From positions 3,639 to 67,638 of the forward strand of contig DIUR01000010.1 of NCBI GenBank assembly GCA_002428265.1: a DNA stretch of 64,000 bases, given 5' to 3'. The notes beneath the pieces were generated by a model that saw only the letters and a list, made by a program, of their open reading frames with translations, was not told the DNA's origin and ran no database searches. The DNA is from Bacteriovoracaceae bacterium UBA6153 (GTDB taxonomy: Bacteria; Bdellovibrionota; Bacteriovoracia; Bacteriovoracales; Bacteriovoracaceae). The translations under genes were made by a program, and so were the position numbers. Positions 36,551 through 46,453 of this stretch are shown in pieces; within the stretch, counting starts at the first letter, position 1, and each line of letters begins with the position of its first letter.

Positions 36551-39211
36551 ATGTCAAAAAAACGTTTGATCATCGTCGACGTCTCAAACTTTATATTCCG
36601 TGCCTTTTTTGCCATCCGTCCAATGCATTCACCAGAAGGTGTCCCGACGAATGCTGTGTATGGAATGTTAACCATGCTTTTGAAACTTTTGTCAGACCAG
36701 AGACCCACTCACGTTTTTTTAGCATGTGATACGAAAGGTGGATCATTTAGAAATGAACTCTATAGCGAATACAAAGCTAACAGAAGCGAGCCGCCTGAAG
36801 ACCTTATTCCTCAGTTTGCACTAATTAATGAATTAATTGGAAAAATGAATCTTCCAACTTTTTGCCTTCCGAACTATGAAGCCGATGATTTAATCGGTTC
36901 TGCTTGTGTTCAATGGAAAGAGTATTTCGATGAAATTTTTATTGCTTCAGGTGATAAAGACTTAATGCAATTTGTAGGGGGCAACGTAAAGATGCTCGAT
37001 ACAATGAAAGACAAGATTTATTCTCCTGATGATGTCGAAGAAAAAATGGGAGTTCGTCCGGAACAGATCGTCGATTATTTATCTATCGTTGGCGATACTT
37101 CAGATAATATTCCGGGAATGAAAGGCATTGGCGCTGTCGGTGCTGCAAAACTTTTAAAGGAGTATGGAACTCTTGAAAATATTATTGCTAACAAAGACAG
37201 TCTGAAAGGTAAAAAAGTTATTGAAGCTTTTACTGATCACTTAGAGATGGGGCTTCTGTCTAAAAAATTAGTGCAGATTACAACAGATGTTCAGCTAGGA
37301 CATACGGCCGAAGAAACAGCGGTGAGTTTTTATCCGACTAACGAATTGTCTGACTTTCTTCAAGGCTTAGGATTTAAAACTATTTTGACTAAGCTTCAAG
37401 ATATGCGCTTTCAACATCACCTTGCACGTGAAACTGATAAACGTATTGATGGAACTTCAGATGATGGCCCAATTGATAGTGAGTTATTTAACCAGACGAA
37501 AGCGGCCAGCATTAATGTGGTAGAAGTTGATATCAATAACTTTGATGAAGTTATGGCAACCGCAGTGGAAGCAGGTCAAGTTGCTGTTCACGCTCTTTAT
37601 GATGTCGATGATATCTACACGAGAAAAATTACAAGAATCTATTTTGCTTTTAACGATACGACCGCTTACACGGTTCAAAATGACCTGGTGGCGGATACGC
37701 TAAAAAGATTCTGGAGCAATCCAACGATTGAAGTGATCGGAGAGAATTTAAAGAAAGACCATGTTTATGCCCTTGTTAATGACATAACTTTCTCATCAAA
37801 AAAATTCGATATCGGACTTGCTCATTTCAATATCAATACAAGCACAAGACATGACATTGATGTTTTGATGAAAGAGTATTTGAATATGGAAACGGGAGCT
37901 GATGAAAATCAAGCTAACGCTGAGAGAGCTTACGCGCTTTTTGTTCTTGCAAAAATCTTCAGACAAAAAATGGAAGAGCTGAAGCTTATCGATATCTACA
38001 ATACAATCGATTTAAATATTATTCCGGTTCTGGCCAAAATGGAAAAAGAAGGTGTTTCACTTAACGTGAATTATCTTAAAGAGCTGGAAATTGAGCTTGC
38101 TGCTGAAATCAAAAGAGTAGAAGCAGAAGTCTTCGCTATCGCTGGCGGAGAGATGAATTTAAATTCACCAAAGCAAGTTGGAGTACTCCTTTTTGAAAAG
38201 TTAAATCTTCCTCCAATTAAAAAAACCAAGACAGGTTACTCAACTGACGCCGAAGTTTTAGAAGAATTAGATGGAATGAATATCAGTGAAGTTCCAGGAC
38301 TTCTTTTAACTCATAGAGAGTATGGAAAAATTCTATCAACTTATGTAAAAGCACTTCCGGAACTAATCAACCCACTGACAAAAAGAATTCACACGAATTA
38401 TAATTTAATCGTGGCCCAGACTGGCAGACTTTCTTCGACAAATCCTAATTTACAAAACATTCCGGTAAGAAGCCCGATGGGTGAGAAAGTGAGAAAAGCT
38501 TTCATCGCAAAACCTGGAAAGATTCTTCTTGCAGCTGACTACTCTCAAGTAGAACTAAGGCTGCTTGCTCATTTTTCAGCAGATCCTACCATGCTTAAAT
38601 CATTTAAAGACGAAGTTGATATTCATGCTCAGACTGCTTCTGAAGTGATGGACATTCCTGTTACTCAGGTCACAAGCCGCGAGCGTGGAATGGCAAAAAC
38701 TGTTAACTTTGGCTTAATGTATGGCCAGTCATCATTTGGTCTTGCTTCAACTCTTAAAATTTCTAGAACTGAGGCCAAGCAATATATCGACAAGTATTTC
38801 GCTCGCTTTAGTTCGATTAAAACTTTCTTAGACACTCTAAAAGATAAAGCTGAACAGACAGGATATGCTGAGACTCTTCACGGAAGAAAAAGATTCTTAC
38901 CAGATATTCATTCTCAAAATAGAACTATTAAAGCCCAGGCCGAAAGAATGGCGATCAACAGTCCAATTCAAGGAACTGCCGCTGATATTATCAAGCTTGC
39001 TATGATTAAGATTGATCAGGAAATGACCTCTATGCAATTAAAATCAAAAATGCTTTTACAGGTTCACGATGAACTTATCTTTGAAGTCGTTGAAGAAGAA
39101 TTAAGTATTATGAAAGAGCTGGTCTGCCGTGGCATGGAAACAGTTGTTGAATTAACTGTTCCCATGAAGGTCGATATGGGGATCGGTATTAACTGGTACG
39201 ATATAAAATAA
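36551..39211 (+). CDS. polA: DNA polymerase I
   Basis: N-terminal 5'-3' exonuclease (FRAFFA, EADD, GDKD); polymerase motifs DYSQVELR, KTVNFGLMYG, QVHDE. Confidence 0.98.
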   Translation: MSKKRLIIVDVSNFIFRAFFAIRPMHSPEGVPTNAVYGMLTMLLKLLSDQRPTHVFLACDTKGGSFRNELYSEYKANRSEPPEDLIPQFALINELIGKMNLPTFCLPNYEADDLIGSACVQWKEYFDEIFIASGDKDLMQFVGGNVKMLDTMKDKIYSPDDVEEKMGVRPEQIVDYLSIVGDTSDNIPGMKGIGAVGAAKLLKEYGTLENIIANKDSLKGKKVIEAFTDHLEMGLLSKKLVQITTDVQLGHTAEETAVSFYPTNELSDFLQGLGFKTILTKLQDMRFQHHLARETDKRIDGTSDDGPIDSELFNQTKAASINVVEVDINNFDEVMATAVEAGQVAVHALYDVDDIYTRKITRIYFAFNDTTAYTVQNDLVADTLKRFWSNPTIEVIGENLKKDHVYALVNDITFSSKKFDIGLAHFNINTSTRHDIDVLMKEYLNMETGADENQANAERAYALFVLAKIFRQKMEELKLIDIYNTIDLNIIPVLAKMEKEGVSLNVNYLKELEIELAAEIKRVEAEVFAIAGGEMNLNSPKQVGVLLFEKLNLPPIKKTKTGYSTDAEVLEELDGMNISEVPGLLLTHREYGKILSTYVKALPELINPLTKRIHTNYNLIVAQTGRLSSTNPNLQNIPVRSPMGEKVRKAFIAKPGKILLAADYSQVELRLLAHFSADPTMLKSFKDEVDIHAQTASEVMDIPVTQVTSRERGMAKTVNFGLMYGQSSFGLASTLKISRTEAKQYIDKYFARFSSIKTFLDTLKDKAEQTGYAETLHGRKRFLPDIHSQNRTIKAQAERMAINSPIQGTAADIIKLAMIKIDQEMTSMQLKSKMLLQVHDELIFEVVEEELSIMKELVCRGMETVVELTVPMKVDMGIGINWYDIK

Positions 39212-39212
39212 G

Positions 39213-39623
39213 TTAAAGCGATTTATAGTGAAACGTGACCGGAAGTTTAATATCTGGATTTAAACTTCTCGTCACCGGACACGTGTGAGCGATGTCTTCA
39301 AGGGCCGCTCTCTCATTTTCAGCGATTGTATCAGGAAGTGTGATCTCAATTGTTAGTTCTGAAACCATTCTCGGGCTCATCTGCATTTTTTTAGTCACGA
39401 CAAAGCTCGCCCCTGTGACGTCCAGACCGCTTTTATTGCCGTAAATGGCCATCGTCGTCAGGATACAGCTGCCCAAGGCAGCACCGAGTAAGTCAGTAGG
39501 CGAGAAGGCCTCTCCTAGTCCATTATTATCTTTTGGGGCATCCGTTGAAATCTTAGTTTCTGAAGGCCCGTGAGTTAATGTGCAGTGAAGTTTTCCTTCG
39601 TAAATTCCCGTCATCATGACCAT
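39213..39623 (-). CDS. OsmC family protein
   Basis: TDAP...GEAFSPTDLL-x5-SC and second Cys in HTCPV; ATG 39623 follows AAGGAG. Confidence 0.88.
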   Translation of the reverse strand: MVMMTGIYEGKLHCTLTHGPSETKISTDAPKDNNGLGEAFSPTDLLGAALGSCILTTMAIYGNKSGLDVTGASFVVTKKMQMSPRMVSELTIEITLPDTIAENERAALEDIAHTCPVTRSLNPDIKLPVTFHYKSL

Positions 39624-39803
39624 AGTCGTCTCCTTTGTCGTAAAAATAGCTTTGGCAATTGTGCCCTTAAGTCCTAAAAATGGCAAAAATGACTGCCTGG
39701 GTTAGTACGACTTAGAAAATATTTTTTAGCCCCTAACCTTGACACTATTCCACAGTGATACCACATTGTTTGTATTAAATTTTTAATAACTTATGGAGGT
39801 TAT

Positions 39804-40091
39804 ATGCAATTAAAGCCGTTACAAGACCGCGTTGTCGTTCAACGTTTGGATGAAGAAACAAAAACTGCAGGCGGAATTATCATTCCTGATAACCACGCAG
39901 AAAAACCATCACAAGGAAAAATCCTTGCGGTTGGAACTGGATATAGAAACACTGATGGATCAGTAAGAGCACTTGACGTAAAAATCGGTGACACTGTTTT
40001 ATTCGGAAAATACTCTGGAACGACAGTTAAAGTTGAAGGAAAAGAAGTTCTTGTTATGAAAGAAGAAGAAATTCTTGGTGTTCTTCACTAA
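39804..40091 (+). CDS. groS: co-chaperonin GroES
   Basis: [27 protein letters not shown]. Confidence 0.98.
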   Translation: MQLKPLQDRVVVQRLDEETKTAGGIIIPDNHAEKPSQGKILAVGTGYRNTDGSVRALDVKIGDTVLFGKYSGTTVKVEGKEVLVMKEEEILGVLH

Positions 40092-40103
40092 TTTAAAAAT
40101 TGA

Positions 40104-41768
<1,665 letters not shown>

Positions 41769-41800
41769 TTCACGCTTCCTTTCAAGCTATGAAATCTATT

Positions 41801-41832
41801 AAAGGAGCTCCTTTGGGGGCTCCTTTTTTTTG
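41801..41832 (+). terminator. rho-independent terminator of groESL
   Basis: AAAGGAGCTCC-tttg-GGGGCTCCTTT stem followed by a T run. Confidence 0.85.
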
Positions 41833-41907
41833 CCTTTTTATTTGTCACGCTCCTTTAAGAGATGTTCTAATATTCCCAAATTAAAATTTAAACATTGGGC
41901 ACACTCC

Positions 41908-42738
41908 ATGAAAACAATCATCGCATTAATTGCATTAACATTCTCACTTCAAACATTTGCGGCCTGTCCTGATATCACTGGTTCGTTTTTTGATGCTGAT
42001 ACTGAAACTGTCCGCACAATCACTCAAGATCAATGCGCAAGCACGACTTGGTCTGATGAGGATGGGACAACTATTCTTATTGCCGATGGTGTAGAAAGAG
42101 TTCTTCAGTCTGAAGGATCGATGACGGCCTATGCAAAAGTCACTTTTACAACAGAAGAATTTATCATTGATATCCGAATGGATTATGGCGGAAGCAATGA
42201 TTATGATCTGCCTGTGAGATGGATCACATCTTATCGCATTGATAAATTCAACAACCTGGTTGAAAAGATCATTCCATATAAAGAAGATGGGTCTATGGGG
42301 GGAGTTGAGTATATCACCTTTAGAAGAGTGAAAACGGCTACTGCGCTTAATTGTCCTGATTTAAGCGGATCTTATTTGGATAAAAGTGGAGAGAGCGTTG
42401 TGCTTTCTCAAAAAGGCTGTGGCGAGGTCTCGATATTATCGCGCCCGTTATCGCATACCCTTATGTTAAATAATGAATATACACTTGTTTTAGATGATCA
42501 ATACAATCGCGCTTTTGGAAGAGGAACTTTTGAAGCAGCAGAGTTGGTATTAGAAGTTAAGATCGAATACAAAAAAGACCCAGGTATTCCGGCGATGTTT
42601 CTTCCTGTCAGGGCGGTTAATAGATACTCACATACAGACAGTGGAGATCTTCTGGAAAAATCCACAATCTATAATTCATCAAATAAAGTCATAACTAATA
42701 CGAAAACCATTTACAAAAAATCCCCTGTAAAAAAGTAA
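41908..42738 (+). CDS. hypothetical exported protein with two tandem homologous beta-domains
   Basis: Signal peptide ending TFA-A. CPD(I/L)(T/S)GS...Q-x2-C and LPVR...Y...L(V/L)EK each occur twice. Confidence 0.75.
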   Translation: MKTIIALIALTFSLQTFAACPDITGSFFDADTETVRTITQDQCASTTWSDEDGTTILIADGVERVLQSEGSMTAYAKVTFTTEEFIIDIRMDYGGSNDYDLPVRWITSYRIDKFNNLVEKIIPYKEDGSMGGVEYITFRRVKTATALNCPDLSGSYLDKSGESVVLSQKGCGEVSILSRPLSHTLMLNNEYTLVLDDQYNRAFGRGTFEAAELVLEVKIEYKKDPGIPAMFLPVRAVNRYSHTDSGDLLEKSTIYNSSNKVITNTKTIYKKSPVKK

Positions 42739-42860
42739 TGAGGTCAAAATTTTGAATCTTACTTTTTCTTTTGACACCTATAGAGGCCAGAAGGGTGTCC
42801 TTTCGTCACTAAAGTAGATTAGACAGTTATGCCAATCAAGGTGTTACCAATTTGACGGTC

Positions 42861-42878
42861 TTGGCATAGAGAGTGCAA
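42861..42878 (+). promoter_or_regulatory. sigma54 (RpoN) -24/-12 promoter
   Basis: TTGGCATAGAGAGTGCAA: GG at 42863-64, exactly 10 nt, then GC at 42875-76; intergenic. Confidence 0.65.
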
Positions 42879-42897
42879 TAGTCATAATCAGGAGATC

Positions 42898-42960
42898 ATG
42901 GATGATTTCCACCAAGGTTGGGATTCAAGGAAGATTTATTTAAGAGGAGCTTTAGGATGA
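42898..42960 (+). CDS. 20-aa leader ORF (MDDFHQGWDSRKIYLRGALG), absent from the ORF track
   Basis: AGGAG at 42890-94, ATG 42898; its TGA (42958-60) overlaps the next ATG (42957-59). Confidence 0.4.
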   Translation: MDDFHQGWDSRKIYLRGALG

Positions 42961-43298
42961 AGCAAATTACAAGACTAGGAAAGGTCACTATTACAGCTTT
43001 GGGTTTGAGTATGATTTTGGGAGTGCAAGCAGCACTTGCAACGTCGGCAATCAGCCTTTCTTGTCCTGAGAAATACATCGCTACAGTGACTAATGTAGAA
43101 GATGTAGATTCATCCGCTGCCCTTCAGAAGGTCGAAGTCGACTTCCAGATTATTCAGACGCTCAAAGGTGATGAGATTCGTTCTAAAAAACTACAGGTCG
43201 TAAAAGATGGGCCTATTAAGTTTAAGAGCGGAGAGATCTACACACTTGAAGCAAATAATATCTGGCTTTGTTCTGCGACTGCATTTTCTAAAATATAG
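42957..43298 (+). CDS. small exported protein, TIMP/NTR-like OB-fold candidate
   Basis: Signal peptide ending ALA-T, two Cys, pattern C...V-x-F-x-I-x2-LKG...F-x2-GE-x-Y-x-L...C; GAGGAG RBS. Confidence 0.6.
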   Translation: MKQITRLGKVTITALGLSMILGVQAALATSAISLSCPEKYIATVTNVEDVDSSAALQKVEVDFQIIQTLKGDEIRSKKLQVVKDGPIKFKSGEIYTLEANNIWLCSATAFSKI

Positions 43299-43367
43299 AA
43301 TTTAGTTTTCTCAAAACTTTCCATGGATGGAGAGTCGTTATAGTGAATATTTTTACAAGGAAGTAAA

Positions 43368-44192
43368 ATGAAGCACACAAAAAAATTGGCCATGAGCATT
43401 TCCCCCCTCTCGCTTATGGCCATTTTATTGTTCCTGGGTATGACTTTTACAGCACATGCCTACACATTCACCTCAGATTTTAAAAATGGTTTTTACTGGG
43501 CATCGTTCCCGATAAAGATGAATAAATTTGCTCCTGTCGCAAGCGACTCGGCACTTTTAGAAAAACTTTCCAATGAAGCAGTCGCTGAATGGGAAGCTGT
43601 CATTGGAAAAGATATTTGGGAGTTCACGGCCGTTCAAAATACAGCGAACTATGCGGGGAACTTTATCAGATGGTCTGATAATTTTGGCGCAGAAACTGGT
43701 TATGATCCTCAAAGAACATTGGCGATCACAATCAGATATAATTCAGGAACAAATTTTCAGCAGACAGTTATTATCTTAAATGGAAGTATCGCTTCTCTTA
43801 GACAGAACTGGGGAAACACCCTAAAGACCACTATTCTTCATGAGATTGGACACACTCTTGGGCTTGATCACTCGGAAGATTCAGGTGCTGTGATGGCCGC
43901 AAGCCTTGGTGCTGCTGTTAGTTTGCAGTCAGATGATATTGAAGGAGTGAATGCAGTTGTTGATGAAACATCGAGAAGACAATCGACTGGTTATGTTTCA
44001 CCACTCTCAACTTCAACATCTGAAAAAAAGGTTGCTGCTTGTGGAACAGTTGAAGATATCTCAAAGAACTCAGGTGGGTCAGGTGGAGCGATGGCAAATT
44101 TCATGGGATCTCTGATGGTAGGATTAATGTTGATTGTAATAGTAGGAAAGCTTGAAAGGACTAGGCGTCAAAAGGGTTTTGTCAGGTATTAA
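43368..44192 (+). CDS. matrixin family (M10) zinc metalloprotease with a C-terminal membrane anchor
   Basis: HEIGHTLGLDHS zinc motif, AVM Met-turn, signal peptide ending AHA-Y, C-terminal TM helix plus basic tail. Confidence 0.9.
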   Translation: MKHTKKLAMSISPLSLMAILLFLGMTFTAHAYTFTSDFKNGFYWASFPIKMNKFAPVASDSALLEKLSNEAVAEWEAVIGKDIWEFTAVQNTANYAGNFIRWSDNFGAETGYDPQRTLAITIRYNSGTNFQQTVIILNGSIASLRQNWGNTLKTTILHEIGHTLGLDHSEDSGAVMAASLGAAVSLQSDDIEGVNAVVDETSRRQSTGYVSPLSTSTSEKKVAACGTVEDISKNSGGSGGAMANFMGSLMVGLMLIVIVGKLERTRRQKGFVRY

Positions 44193-44200
44193 AAATATAG

Positions 44201-44227
44201 TTAATTTTCATTTGAAAATGCCGATAA
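44201..44227 (+). promoter_or_regulatory. sigma28 (FliA)-type promoter
   Basis: TTAATTTT-11 nt-GCCGATAA versus consensus TAAAGTTT-N11-GCCGATAA; the -10 box ends 6 nt before ATG 44234. Confidence 0.6.
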
Positions 44228-44233
44228 AAAGGC

Positions 44234-44710
44234 ATGAATGAAAACAACAAAACCACAATTAATTACATCTTTTACCTTCAAACAAAACTAGAGCTGGATA
44301 ATACGTATTATGTATTAGCAGAAGTACTAGGAAAGATTAATATAAGTTTACTTCCGATACAGGAACAAGATTTAAAAGATATTGATAAAAGTAAAAAACA
44401 ACATGTAATAGTTGTGAGAAATGATTTTTCATCTGCATTTGCTTTTAACAATATTAGAAAGAATTTCCTTGAAGCTTCTATGAACTCTGGTAAGCTCGTT
44501 GTTTACGATGTAAGCTCTTTTTCTGAAATAGAAAATGCAGCAAAGTTTGAAAGCAAAAATGTTTACAGGTATTTTCAACTTCCACTCAATGTGAAGCAAA
44601 TTGCAATGACGGTGGCCGTAGAATATTACAAAGACAGGAATGCAGCTCCGGCAGCGGAATGGCCAGGCGGGCGTAGAGCGAAATTGCCTTCTATGACGAA
44701 TTCAAACTAA
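44234..44710 (+). CDS. hypothetical cytoplasmic protein, pseudo-receiver-like
   Basis: Five alternating beta/alpha segments; FQLP where a receiver has KP; conserved acidic residues absent. Confidence 0.55.
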   Translation: MNENNKTTINYIFYLQTKLELDNTYYVLAEVLGKINISLLPIQEQDLKDIDKSKKQHVIVVRNDFSSAFAFNNIRKNFLEASMNSGKLVVYDVSSFSEIENAAKFESKNVYRYFQLPLNVKQIAMTVAVEYYKDRNAAPAAEWPGGRRAKLPSMTNSN

Positions 44711-44729
44711 GGCGTATACTTAGAAGAAT

Positions 44730-45143
44730 ATGAAAGTAAAAATCAGTGAAGAAACGCAACGTATGCTCATGCTGTTAAAGCTTGATGCCAAAAGATTATT
44801 TGAGCGAATCAAATACAGATCTCCAGAATACATGTACGAATTTTCACTTAAGCGCACGAGAGATCATTTCCCTGCGGTGTTTACGAATCGTTATGATTCA
44901 ACCACTATCAGAGATCTTTTGTTGTGCGGACAAGAGGTGATCGTCGGTCTTGATAATTTTTATTCAAGAGTCGATGAGATGCGCTGGTATTTAAACCATA
45001 CTCAAGACATGCCCAACAGAGTGGAAGACAAAGTTCAGGCGCACGTAAGAGATTTAGAAAAGTTATTCGAGACATTGAATTTATATATAGACGTAGAAAT
45101 GGGCCTTATCAAAGAACAAACGAATCATGAAACAGACAATTAA
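44730..45143 (+). CDS. hypothetical cytoplasmic helical protein
   Basis: 137-aa ORF with normal codon usage; TATACT 9 nt upstream. Confidence 0.7.
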   Translation: MKVKISEETQRMLMLLKLDAKRLFERIKYRSPEYMYEFSLKRTRDHFPAVFTNRYDSTTIRDLLLCGQEVIVGLDNFYSRVDEMRWYLNHTQDMPNRVEDKVQAHVRDLEKLFETLNLYIDVEMGLIKEQTNHETDN

Positions 45144-45636
45144 TATCGTAGCATTTTTTTTCGTACTCTCTATCCCGTTTGCACTATCTTCGCAGACGAG
45201 AAAAGCTATTCCTGCGGGAAGATATGAAGCTCTGTCGGGAGTGAAGAACTCAAGAAGTGTAAAGAGCACAGATTCAATCAACGATAAGAAAGATTCTACA
45301 ACTTTGTTTTGGAATGAAGTTCTCAATCACATGCCAGAAAATACTCAGAACCTTTCATATTTTGCGACAGGGAAGATGGATGAATTTTCAAGCTCTCTTC
45401 TTGTCAACAAAGGTTTAAAGGCCTCTAAGAAGATTGGAGCTGGCACAAACATTATCTTTAGCGATGATTTAAACCGCGACCGTGAGATCTTTAAAAATCT
45501 CAAGAATAAAAATAACCTAGTAGTTTTGAAAGACTCTCATCAGCTTAAAGATGTAATGACTTCATTAAATCAGTTTGAAGTTCTTCTTTATCAAGCAGAA
45601 GATCAAAGCAATTACTTCCTGCTAAAATTAAAATAA
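45127..45636 (+). CDS. hypothetical exported protein
   Basis: Signal peptide; overlaps the upstream gene by 17 nt. Confidence 0.65.
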   Translation: MKQTINIVAFFFVLSIPFALSSQTRKAIPAGRYEALSGVKNSRSVKSTDSINDKKDSTTLFWNEVLNHMPENTQNLSYFATGKMDEFSSSLLVNKGLKASKKIGAGTNIIFSDDLNRDREIFKNLKNKNNLVVLKDSHQLKDVMTSLNQFEVLLYQAEDQSNYFLLKLK

Positions 45637-45672
45637 ATAACTAACTCAGTTGCTCAAGTATAATCTTCCTTC

Positions 45673-45701
45673 TGGACGAAAATTCAATCCGTCCTGATAA
45701 T
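45673..45701 (+). promoter_or_regulatory. sigma70-type promoter, probably leaderless
   Basis: TGGACG-17 nt-GATAAT, then 6 nt to ATG 45708. Confidence 0.45.
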
Positions 45702-45707
45702 AGATCT

Positions 45708-46394
45708 ATGAGTTTAATTTTAAAGATCATTCCAGTTATTATGCTGCTTGTTTCAACGAGTGCGTTTTCTGCACTTTCAGAAGATGGATTTTTTTCGGGA
45801 AGAATTTCTAAAATCAATCGCGAAATCTCTGTCGTCAGAATCAAAGTTGATTTCGACAACATCAAATACATTAACGTCAAAGACAAGCTCGAATTTTGGG
45901 ATGAAAAAAACAGTACATTAAAATGTAAGAGTTACGTCATCGGCAGAACGTCTGATTATATTTTATTAAAACTTCCAGACATGAAGTACTGTGAGCAGAA
46001 TCTCTATTTCACCACCGGGGCCTATTTTAAGTTCTTCAGTGAAGACTTAAAGAATAATGTCAGCATGGGCCGTGAAGTGGTAGGGATACTTATTAAAAAA
46101 CGCATGGCAGTTCAAGGCCAGATGGATGTTCGAAATAAAGAAATTCAGGGCCACATGGATAGGGTAGGCTCTCTCAATGCGCGTTATCAAACACTCCGCG
46201 AAAAACTAGAGCAAGAGTGGCAAAAGGAACTCCATGCTTTAGACGAGGACAGGACATACTCTCTAAGGTCTTATAAAGATTTAGAACGCCGCCGTGATGA
46301 GATTGATCAAAAGCTTGAACAGTATAAGCTCAAAGATGAGAATCTCACTCTCGATCGCTGGTCTCTAGACTCTAACCTGTATTTCAAAAAATAA
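45708..46394 (+). CDS. hypothetical exported protein: N-terminal beta-domain plus C-terminal coiled coil
   Basis: Signal peptide ending AFS-A; heptad-like charged C-terminal half. Confidence 0.7.
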   Translation: MSLILKIIPVIMLLVSTSAFSALSEDGFFSGRISKINREISVVRIKVDFDNIKYINVKDKLEFWDEKNSTLKCKSYVIGRTSDYILLKLPDMKYCEQNLYFTTGAYFKFFSEDLKNNVSMGREVVGILIKKRMAVQGQMDVRNKEIQGHMDRVGSLNARYQTLREKLEQEWQKELHALDEDRTYSLRSYKDLERRRDEIDQKLEQYKLKDENLTLDRWSLDSNLYFKK

Positions 46395-46423
46395 TTGAAC
46401 TCAGGACACTTCTATTCTAAGCT
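46395..46423 (+). promoter_or_regulatory. sigma70-type promoter of the peptide ABC operon
   Basis: TTGAAC-17 nt-TAAGCT. Confidence 0.5.
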
Positions 46424-46453
46424 GTATTAATTTTTTAAAAGGTGGGAAATACT

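Noticed and set aside
39738-39767. Possible CIRCE operator or sigma32 promoter before groES (CACT-N7-AGTG; CTTGAC...CCACAT)
   Set aside because: CIRCE needs TTAGCACTC-N9-GAGTGCTAA, and both the arms and the spacing fail here. The sigma32 spacing is too long, and a plain TTGACA -35 explains the site.
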